The translations under genes were made by a program, and so were the position numbers. 64,000 nt of DNA from Dehalococcoidia bacterium (lineage in GTDB: Bacteria > Chloroflexota > Dehalococcoidia > Bin125): positions 32,001 to 96,000 of the forward strand of contig CAXXNO010000012.1 of assembly GCA_963663235.2 (NCBI GenBank), in the 5' to 3' direction. Positions 19,067 to 26,648 of this stretch are shown piece by piece. The notes beneath the pieces are model-generated. The model worked only from the letters and a program-made list of their open reading frames with translations. It had not been told where the DNA came from and did no database searches. Positions within the stretch are counted from its first letter, which is position 1. The number at the start of each line of letters is the position of its first letter.

Positions 19067-20257
19067 ATGTCCCCGATGCGACTGATCTCGGTCACAGTCC
19101 TCGTAGTGGTCGGGCTGAGCCTGGGGCTCGGCCTCACCCTCGCGCGCTCGGGCGCGGAGGCGGAGGGTGGGGAACCGATCTCCGTGGGGGGAATCGCCTT
19201 GGGTTTCCCGGAGTTGAACTCCGCGGAGTGGTTCGTGGCGGTCGGCCCGCTGCCGGGGAGCAACGCCACGGGGAGCGGCGACGTGACGCTCCGGTTCGGC
19301 GGTGAGGATGTCGGGGACGTCTCTCTCCGCTTCTTCGACGTGTTCGTCGAGCTCGCCTTCGACGTGCAAGGTCCGCGCGAGGCCGTCACCGCCACCGAAA
19401 TCTACGAGGGGGACCCGGAGGACGGTGGTCGGTTGGTGGTCGCACTCCCCTGCGACCCGATTGCCCCTCGGGAAGCCGAGGGCGAGTCGTGCGAAGGGCC
19501 GAACGCAATCTTCAGCGACGGCTTTGAATCGGGCGACCTCTCGCGCGCGGCGCTGGCTGCCGGCCGGGTGTTCGTCCTCGTCCGCACGACGGCCGGGGAT
19601 CTCGGCGGCTTTCTCCAGCCCGTGGCCGACGAAGTCGTGTCCGGCGACGCGCCGGTTGAGGTGCAGATTCCTGCAGGTCTCAGCCCGCTCGGCTTTTGCG
19701 GCGCGGAGATGACCACGGACCAACTGTTCGATCAGTACCCGCAGTTGCGACGGGTGTTCGTCCTGGTCCCGCTGGAGCGGCGCTTCGACGTGGCGGATCC
19801 GGGACTGCCCCGCTCCATCCGGCAGAACTTCACTCTCCGGTTCGGGACGGCGGTGTTCGTGTCCGCCAGCGAGAGCTTCACCATGGAGATCCCCGTCGGC
19901 GGAGATGGTTCCGCGGGATTCCTCCCGACCCCCGTGGTCGATGACAGTTTGAGTTTCGATTTCCTCAGCGGCCTGAATTTCGTCGCGAACTGCGGGGATA
20001 CGGTGACGAACACCGACCTGCTGGACCGATTCGCGGAGAACGTCCGGATCTTCACTTTCCTCAACCAGGCGCGACGGTGGGTCGGGATCAGCACCGATCT
20101 GCCGCCCCTCCTCCGGGAGGAGACGCTGATCCCCAATGCGTCGGCCTTCATGATCATCACCGAGGTGCCGGGGACTATCGTTCTTCCGTGTCTCACCACC
20201 GACTGCACGCGCTGGAAGGTGGAGTTGGGCGGCGAGACCACGTCGGATGGCGTCTGA
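19067..20257 (+). CDS. Secreted protein with a CHRD-like domain and two anchoring-like repeats
   Basis: Signal peptide; SNATG...TATEIYEG...GGRLVVAL...AGRVFVLVRT; IPAGLSPLG and LSGLNFVA repeats. Confidence 0.6.
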   Translation: MSPMRLISVTVLVVVGLSLGLGLTLARSGAEAEGGEPISVGGIALGFPELNSAEWFVAVGPLPGSNATGSGDVTLRFGGEDVGDVSLRFFDVFVELAFDVQGPREAVTATEIYEGDPEDGGRLVVALPCDPIAPREAEGESCEGPNAIFSDGFESGDLSRAALAAGRVFVLVRTTAGDLGGFLQPVADEVVSGDAPVEVQIPAGLSPLGFCGAEMTTDQLFDQYPQLRRVFVLVPLERRFDVADPGLPRSIRQNFTLRFGTAVFVSASESFTMEIPVGGDGSAGFLPTPVVDDSLSFDFLSGLNFVANCGDTVTNTDLLDRFAENVRIFTFLNQARRWVGISTDLPPLLREETLIPNASAFMIITEVPGTIVLPCLTTDCTRWKVELGGETTSDGV

Positions 20258-20608
20258 AGCCGCGCCGCCCCCGTCGGCAATACGTTCGCCACGCTCAACA
20301 ATGGCGACGCCTTCTTCATCCGCCTGACCGCCGCCGCGACGTGGGAGCAGCCCGCGCCGTAAGCCACGCCGTCGCGCCCCGAGGAACGTGAGCACCTGAT
20401 CAGAGCCGGCGCTTTACGGAGTGTCTAAGGAATTTCCGCCAGGGGCCCCTAGCCAATAGATAGCGTCGCGGGAACCGGGGGTGCCTCGCGCCTCAGGCCT
20501 ATTGGATCAGCCGGATCGAGGCTCTTGGGAAACTCCTGTTCTGACGTAAAAGCGGCTGAGGGGCAGCGTGGGGCCACCAGGGGCCGATCTCGGGCATCGG
20601 ATCGAGGT

Positions 20609-20875
20609 CTAGGGGGCGTCGGGGGGATCGGCCGGAGGCAAGGCGCGGCGGCCGGCGCTTGTGAGTTTGTAGACCCTGCGAGGAGGAGCCGTCGTCGTAT
20701 CCCATCGACCCGACAGGAGGCCCTTACTGTCGAGCCGTTGCAAGGCCCCGAAGATAGTACGTCTCGGCTGGCCTAGAGCCTCGGCAAGCGCCCAGCCGTG
20801 ACGGGGCGACTCCGCCAGCGCTGCGAGGATCGTCTTCTCCGAGTCCAAGAGCCTGTCTGCCTTGCGTCGTGGCAT
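20609..20875 (-). CDS. PadR-family regulator (copy 2)
   Basis: HGWAL, LQRLDSKGLLSGRW, RRVYKLTSAGR; clear paralog of 18408-18746. Confidence 0.85.
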   Translation of the reverse strand: MPRRKADRLLDSEKTILAALAESPRHGWALAEALGQPRRTIFGALQRLDSKGLLSGRWDTTTAPPRRVYKLTSAGRRALPPADPPDAP

Positions 20876-20897
20876 CGCCCTTAATCTAGGCGTTCGT

Positions 20898-20950
20898 GGC
20901 ACTAGCGCGATAGACTACTTGACACTATTAGCGCTAGTGCCGTATACGAT
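20898..20950. promoter_or_regulatory. Palindromic operator overlapping a sigma70-like promoter divergent from PadR
   Basis: GGCACTAGCGC / GCGCTAGTGCC 11-bp IR around TTGACA (20919), followed by TATACGAT. Confidence 0.55.
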
Positions 20951-20952
20951 AG

Positions 20953-22202
20953 TGACCTGCCCCCCCAGAACCGGTCCAGATCCTGTGCGAGGATTCGGGC
21001 CGGTGCGAAGGCCTCCCCGAGTCGGCATGGCACGCAAGCGGTACGCGGCCGAGGAGATCATCGGCCACCTGCGGGAGGCGGAGGGGGTGCTCGCGCCGGG
21101 GGAATCGGTCGCGCCGGTCGCGCGCCGCCTCGGCGTGGCCGAGCCAACGTATTACCGCTGGCGGCGGGAGGACGGGGGGCTGCGGGTCGACCCGGCCAAG
21201 CGGCTGAAAGAACGGGAGCGCGAGAACAGTCGGCTGAAGCGGGTGGTGGCCGATCAGGCGCGGGCCAACGCGATGGTGCGGGACGTCGCAGCGGGAAACT
21301 TCTGAGCCCGGCCAAGCGGCGCCGGGCGACATCCTACCGCACGGACCCGTACGCGGTGGCGGAGCGGCGGGCCGGCCCGGTCACCGGCCAGGCGCGGGCG
21401 ACCCAGCGCGACGTGCCCCGGCCGTCCCCGGATGCGCCGGCGCTGATCGCGCGCAGCGTCGCGCTGGCCCCCCGCTGCGGCCGCTACGGCTCCCGTCGCA
21501 TCCCGGCCCGGCTGCGCCAGGCGGGCTGGCGGGTGAACCCCAAGCGGGTCGAGCGGCGCTGGCGTCAGGAAGGCTGGCGGGTCCCCGGGAAGCACCCCCA
21601 ACGGGGCCGCCGCTGGCTCGCGGCCGGCTCGCTGGTGCGGCGGCGGGCCGAGCGGCCGTCCCACGTCTGGTCCTCCGCCTTCGTCTTCGACCGCACCGCC
21701 GAGGGGCGCCCGGTGCGGATCCTCGCCATCGTGGATGAGGACCACCCGCGAGGGCCTGCGTCTCGACGTCGCCCGCCGACGGCGCCGCGACGTCGGCCTG
21801 GCGCGGTTGGCCCAGCTGTTCGTCGAGCGCGGGCCGCCGACGTTTCTGCGGTCCGCCAACGGCCCGGCGTGCACCGCCACCGCGGTGCGGGACTGGCTGC
21901 ACCGGGTCGGGGGCACGACCCGCTTCATCGAACCGGGCAGGCCTTGGGCGAACGGCTCTGGGGAATCGTTCAACGGCAAGCTGCGCGACGCGTGCCTCAA
22001 TCGCGAGCGCTTCGACACCCTGCTGGAAGCCCAGATCCTCATCAAGGGCTGGCGGCGGGAGGACAACCCGATCCGCCCCCACCGTGCCCTCGGCTCCCGC
22101 CCCCCCGCCCCGGAAACGCAGCAACCCCGGGAACGTCCCATGACGCGCGTCCCGGCGATCGGACTCACCTTAACGACTGGTACAACGATCGGGGGCAGGT
22201 CA
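20953..22202 (+). mobile_element. Full-length IS3-family (IS407-group) element, heavily mutated; orfA 21027-21305, orfB ~21302-22170 with one frameshift near 21742
   Basis: IRs TGACCTGCCCCC / GGGGGCAGGTCA; 1250 bp; recognisable but degraded orfA/orfB motifs. Confidence 0.92.
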
Positions 22203-22338
22203 GCGGTGGCCGTCACTGGTGGGACAACTCGCTCAACGTCTATGAGGTCGGTGTTACAATTTTCGTGTTCGAGCACGATCATCGCGTGCTCCCTTCGCCG
22301 AGGCGCCGCCCAACACCGGGCGGCGCTCTCATATCCGA

Positions 22339-22545
22339 CTACCGTCCGGCGGCAGTAGCCAACTCGGTTTTCTCCGCGATCCACTTCTCAAGTGCCACAC
22401 GGGACACGCGCCGCTGCCCGCCAACTTTCATGCTGGGCAACGTCCCATCCATGATCAGTGGCCACGTCGCGGACTCGCTCCGATTGATCAACTTGGCAAC
22501 GTCGGAGACTCGGAGCAGGAGTGGTTCCACAACTTTTCCCTTCAT
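22339..22545 (-). CDS. Excisionase-like HTH_17 DNA-binding protein
   Basis: LLRVSDVAKLI...LPSMKVGGQRRVSRVALEKWI; near the integrase. Confidence 0.8.
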   Translation of the reverse strand: MKGKVVEPLLLRVSDVAKLINRSESATWPLIMDGTLPSMKVGGQRRVSRVALEKWIAEKTELATAAGR

Positions 22546-22632
22546 CGAAACCTATCCGCCTCTCGATCAGTCTTGTATGCTTCGCCTGGGCCGTCCAACG
22601 CTCTTGTGACGTATCAGCGTTACGGAGGGGAC

Positions 22633-23625
22633 ATGGCAGTAGTATCCGACACCATCGAGGTGATCGAAACCGTCGTCCCCTCGCGACTTGTCGAGGTGCG
22701 GGATGGATACGTCTATGTGCAAGACCCAAAGATGATTCTCACGAAGGACGAACTGAAGAAGATTGAGGACGCGTCCGACTATGTCTTCCAATTTCGACGC
22801 AGCCCCGAGAACGTCATCATCGAGTTCGTCGATCTCGAAGAAGGTGACGACGATCGGCTGGCCCAATTCGTCCGCCGATTCGGCCTTCTCGGCTTGTGCC
22901 AACACGGGAAGCCCCACAATCACCTCCCAGGTTGTGGGGCAGAGCGGGTGTCCTGGATCGAAGGCGAGGAAGACACGCCATCGCTCTGGAAGGCTCCACG
23001 GAGCCGTACAGAAGTTGGTATTCGCGAGCGTGTTGAAGCGTGGTACCACTATCGCGACCGGGCTGAAGCGCTCCTCACGATTGCGGTGTTTCTCAGAGGC
23101 AAGGTAGATGCGCGTCGAGGGAGAGTTCGGGGGGCATGGCGCACATTGATCGACGATGGGGGTGCCGACCAGTACCCCACGATCCCGACGCTGATGAGAA
23201 ACCGCGTCGCAGCCATCACAATGCACTCAGAGAACCTGAACGACTGGCTTCAAACCGCGGCACTGGCACTCTCGCAGGCTTGGGATCCGAATGAGGAACG
23301 CGGAAGAACGGAGTTGACCGGAACGCTGTTGGGCAATCTGGGGTATCAAATTCTGGCCGCGACGAACGGGTCAACGCTCCTGGCGTATTGTGACAACTGC
23401 GCTCGGCTCTTCGAACCGAACCCGCGTGTCCCCGAAGACCGCGGTAAGTACTGCAAGCTATGTCGCTCGAAGAACGTGAGCGGTCGAGTCCGCCAGCAGC
23501 GATTCCGTGAGCGGCAGCAGGAGATCCGCCGGTTAAACGCGGACGGTGTACCCATCCGCGAAATCGCGACGCGCATGGACGCCAAGCCAGAGAAGATTCG
23601 TAAGTGGTTAGGAGTCAAAAGATGA
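22633..23625 (+). CDS. Hypothetical regulator with CxxC...CxxC zinc finger and C-terminal HTH
   Basis: CDNCARLF...KYCKLC...RQQRFRER; GVPIREIA; divergent from the excisionase; ATGA-coupled to the integrase. Confidence 0.6.
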   Translation: MAVVSDTIEVIETVVPSRLVEVRDGYVYVQDPKMILTKDELKKIEDASDYVFQFRRSPENVIIEFVDLEEGDDDRLAQFVRRFGLLGLCQHGKPHNHLPGCGAERVSWIEGEEDTPSLWKAPRSRTEVGIRERVEAWYHYRDRAEALLTIAVFLRGKVDARRGRVRGAWRTLIDDGGADQYPTIPTLMRNRVAAITMHSENLNDWLQTAALALSQAWDPNEERGRTELTGTLLGNLGYQILAATNGSTLLAYCDNCARLFEPNPRVPEDRGKYCKLCRSKNVSGRVRQQRFRERQQEIRRLNADGVPIREIATRMDAKPEKIRKWLGVKR

Positions 23626-24758
23626 GCCGACGTGCCCGCGGTGAGGGCTCCGTTTTCAAGAGGTCCGACGGGAGATGGGCCGGCTAGTTGGTGTTGGGCT
23701 GGAAGGATGGGAGACGCGTTCGTAAGTTCGTTTACGGACGCTCCCAGGCTGAGGCTCTGCGGAAGCTCAGGGCCGCACAGAGAGCACAGGACGACGGACT
23801 GCCTCAGCCGTCCGAGCGAGAGACGGTCGGGGGTTTCCTGCGCGTCTGGATCGAGGAATCGGCACAGGTCCGCCTCCGCCCTTCCACGCTTCAGTCGTAC
23901 ACATCTATCGCCTACGGGAATTTGATTCCGGCCTTTGAAAAGACGCGGCTCGCGAAACTCAGCCCCACAGACGTCGAGGCCTACGTCGCCGAGAAGTCGC
24001 GAGTGGGGCTATCGGGGTACTCCGTCCGTAATCACGTCGCCCTCCTCCGCAGAGCCTTGAACGACGCAGTCCGCTGGGGCCTCGTGCCCCGCAATGTCGC
24101 CGCCGGCGTGAGGCCACCCCGGCTGCGCGACGCGAGCAGCCGCCCCTTCGACGAGGCGGAAGCCCAGCAGTTCCTTGCCCATGTACAAGGCGACCGCCTT
24201 GAGGCTCTCTTCGCTCTCGCGCTCGGCTTGGGCCTGAGACAGTCGGAATTATTGGGGCTCACGCATGATGCCGTCGATCTGAATCGCAGGCGTCTGCAAG
24301 TTCAGGCTCAGCTCCGGCGTCATCACGGTCGCTTCTGGCTGGAGGAACCGAAGACGGCGCGCAGCCGCCGCACCATGTCGCTTGAACTCCCGCTCGTCGA
24401 AGTCGTTCGGCGCCGTCGTGTCCTTCAGAAGGAAGAACAACTCGCTGCCGGCCCAGCGTGGCAGGGGAATGAGCTTGGCCTGCTGTTCAACACGGAGCTG
24501 GGAGGTCCCATCTCAGCCGCCACACTGAGCCGGCGCTTCCACGCCCTCTGTGAGGGAGCCGGTCTTCGCCGCGTGCGGTTCCACGACCTTCGCCACACAT
24601 ACGGGAGCCTCTTGGCGGAGAAAGGTGTCCCGATGCGGACGGCGATGGATCTCATGGGCCACACGCAGATCTCGACCACCGCCCAGGTCTACCAACACGT
24701 CTCCGAGGAGTCGATGCAGGACGCTGCCGCGCGGGTGTCAAGGGCTCTTTGGCGCTGA
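23622..24758 (+). pseudogene. Tyrosine integrase (ICEBs1/phage type) with in-frame TAG at 23685
   Basis: MSRRARGEGSVFKRSDGRW start; catalytic GLRQSE, K, HDLRH, GH, Y all present. Confidence 0.88.
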
Positions 24759-24911
24759 CTCTGCTTCGGGTGACTACGCCATCGTTTGACAGGCATTCTG
24801 ACAGGCACAGGACTGGACGTGGGCGGAGGGAATTGGACGTGGTTGGAGTCTCACTATCGAGTGAACCTGGTGCTTGGAGGACGCCGGTCTGCCTGAGAGG
24901 GCTCGCCTTGA

Positions 24912-24956
24912 TTTCCTAAACCATGTGCGCAGGTTCGACTCCTGCCGGGGGGACCA
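24912..24956 (+). other. att site: 3' half of tRNA-Arg(CCT)
   Basis: TTCCTAA anticodon loop, GCAGG-TTCGACT-CCTGC T arm and CCA end, but no D arm or acceptor 5' strand upstream; 150 bp after the integrase. Confidence 0.78.
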
Positions 24957-25048
24957 TATCGCACGTGGGGTACTCCGGCCCGCTCTCCCGACTAACACCT
25001 ACCCCTCGCGACGATAGCTTCGCGGATAGGGTTTTGAGCCACCACAGG

Positions 25049-25078
25049 TTGACAGATAAGAACATGTGTTCGTATCTT
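25049..25078 (+). promoter_or_regulatory. SOS promoter with LexA box
   Basis: TTGACA (25049) - 18 nt - TATCTT, with GAAC-ATGT-GTTC (25060-25071) in the spacer. Confidence 0.88.
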
Positions 25079-25133
25079 GCTGATCCTGCCGGGGTATCTA
25101 GGGCCGCTCTTGGGCTGCCGGTGGGGACCGGGG

Positions 25134-26399
25134 GTGAACGCCATCGCTCCGAGCGTCGCAGCTTCCAGGCGGACCGCCGCTGTACGCATCCCGCACTTCG
25201 CCTTGGCATTGGCGCAAGCCGCCAGAGGGTGTCTCCTGCGCCACCGCGGTCCGCCGCTGGTGCTCTGCGACGCCCATAGCGCCCCGGCGCGTGTGCTCGA
25301 CGCCTGCGACCAAGCAACACGGTTCGGCGTTCGCGCCGGGATGCCCGTGCGGGACGCCCTCGCCTGCTGCCCCACGACCGAATTCCTCTCGGCCGATCCC
25401 CTCCAGGCGCCGCGGGAGCGGGAGCGCTGGCTCGACGCGCTGGAGGCTGTCAGCCCGACCGTCGAGCCCGACACGCAGGATATCGGCACCGTGCTCGTGG
25501 ATCTGGAAGGGCTCGATCAGCTGCACGGCGGAGACCTCGGCGTGGTCAAGGCCCTCGCGGCCACGACGAAACAGGCACTCGGGCTGGAGCCGTGCATCGG
25601 CGTGGCGGACGGGCCATTCGCCGCCCGCGCGGCGGCCGTCAGCGCGATTCCTTCAGCGCCGGCGTTCGTGCCGCGGGGTCAAGCGCCCCGCTATCTCACC
25701 GCGCTGGGAGTGGAGCAGTTGCCGCTCGGCAGGGATGTCACCCACCGGCTGCGCACACGGTTCGGCATCCGCACGATCGGGGAGTTCGCGGCGCTCCCGC
25801 TGGGGGCGGTGCAAGCACAGTTCGGACTAGCGGGCCGCGAGGCGTGGCACCTGGCACACGGCCGCGACCGGCGACGGCTGCGGCCGCGGGTCCACGCCGC
25901 GCACCTAGGCGAACGACTGCAGTTCCCCTCGCCCACCGCCAGCGGCGAAGCGCTCCTGACCGCCGCACGCCATCTGGTGACGCGGCTCTTGCAACGGCCC
26001 GAGCTGGAGCAGCGCGCCGTGCGGCGGGTGACTGTCTGGATCCAGGTCGCCGACGGTCCCAACTGGGAGCGGAGCGTGACGTTGCAGGAGGCGTCGCGCG
26101 ACGCGCAGCGGCTGCGGATCGTGATTCGGCGCGAGTTGGAGCGGTTGTGGGCGGCCGGGCAGACAACGCTCCCCGGTCCCGTGGCCGAGATCGGGCTGGA
26201 GTTCGCCGACCTCTGCACGGAAAGCGGCAAGCAGGCCGCGCTGTGGACCGGGAACGGCCGGCGCACCAAGCAGTTGGACGACGCGGTGCGCCAGCTCCGG
26301 GCGCGCTATAGCGAGCCCACGCTTTTCCGCGTCGTGGAGGTGGAGCCGTGGTCGCGCTTTCCCGAGCGGCAGGCGGCGCTGATCGCCTACGACCCCTGA
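25134..26399 (+). CDS. imuB: ImuB-like inactive Y-family polymerase
   Basis: GVRAGMP..DA...CP, SPTVE, IGVADGPFAARAAA, GIRTIGEFAALP; lacks catalytic acidic motifs; upstream of dnaE2. Confidence 0.82.
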   Translation: MNAIAPSVAASRRTAAVRIPHFALALAQAARGCLLRHRGPPLVLCDAHSAPARVLDACDQATRFGVRAGMPVRDALACCPTTEFLSADPLQAPRERERWLDALEAVSPTVEPDTQDIGTVLVDLEGLDQLHGGDLGVVKALAATTKQALGLEPCIGVADGPFAARAAAVSAIPSAPAFVPRGQAPRYLTALGVEQLPLGRDVTHRLRTRFGIRTIGEFAALPLGAVQAQFGLAGREAWHLAHGRDRRRLRPRVHAAHLGERLQFPSPTASGEALLTAARHLVTRLLQRPELEQRAVRRVTVWIQVADGPNWERSVTLQEASRDAQRLRIVIRRELERLWAAGQTTLPGPVAEIGLEFADLCTESGKQAALWTGNGRRTKQLDDAVRQLRARYSEPTLFRVVEVEPWSRFPERQAALIAYDP

Positions 26400-26647
26400 G
26401 ACGGCCGCGGCCCCTGGGGGTCGAGGTCTCCGCACAGGGGATGCCGGCGGCGGTCCGCACCGCGGCGGGCTGGGTGGAGGTCGTCGCCGTGCTCGACCAT
26501 TGGCGGCTCGACGACGAGTGGTGGCGCGAGCGGCCGGAGCAGCGCTGGTACTACCGGCTCGCGCTCGCCGGCGGGCGCACGCTGACCGTGTTCCACGACC
26601 GCGCCAGCGGCGCGTGGCTCGCCCAGGAGTACGGACGGGCGGGCTGA
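26348..26647 (+). CDS. Small DUF6504-like protein (ImuB C-terminal module)
   Basis: LRPLRRPRP, WRLDDEWW, RWYYRL, W-rich tail. Start uncertain. Confidence 0.7.
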   Translation: MVALSRAAGGADRLRPLRRPRPLGVEVSAQGMPAAVRTAAGWVEVVAVLDHWRLDDEWWRERPEQRWYYRLALAGGRTLTVFHDRASGAWLAQEYGRAG

Positions 26648-26648
26648 G

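Larger units (their letters stand above)
18884..20362 (+). repeat. 114-bp direct repeat (18884-18997 and 20249-20362) encoding orphan protein C-termini
   Basis: Both translate as N.xATL.NGDAFFIRLT..ATWEQPAP-stop. Confidence 0.85.
6983..24956. mobile_element. Decayed integrative island / prophage remnant
   Basis: Tyrosine integrase and excisionase beside a tRNA-Arg 3' duplicate at the right end; terminase/methylase module and dense IS remnants inside. Left limit is approximate (taken at the IS6 end). Confidence 0.6.

Noticed and set aside
20255-20257. Selenocysteine codon (TGA aligned to TGC in the sister repeat)
   Set aside because: No redox motif, the position is aromatic in related domain copies, no clear SECIS was identified, and selD in this window is destroyed.
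23685-23687. Pyrrolysine or recoded TAG in the integrase
   Set aside because: TAG is used as a normal stop by many genes in the window and no pyl genes are seen.
24880-24956. Complete tRNA-Arg gene
   Set aside because: Only the anticodon loop, T arm and 3' acceptor strand are present; the upstream sequence cannot form the D arm or acceptor stem.
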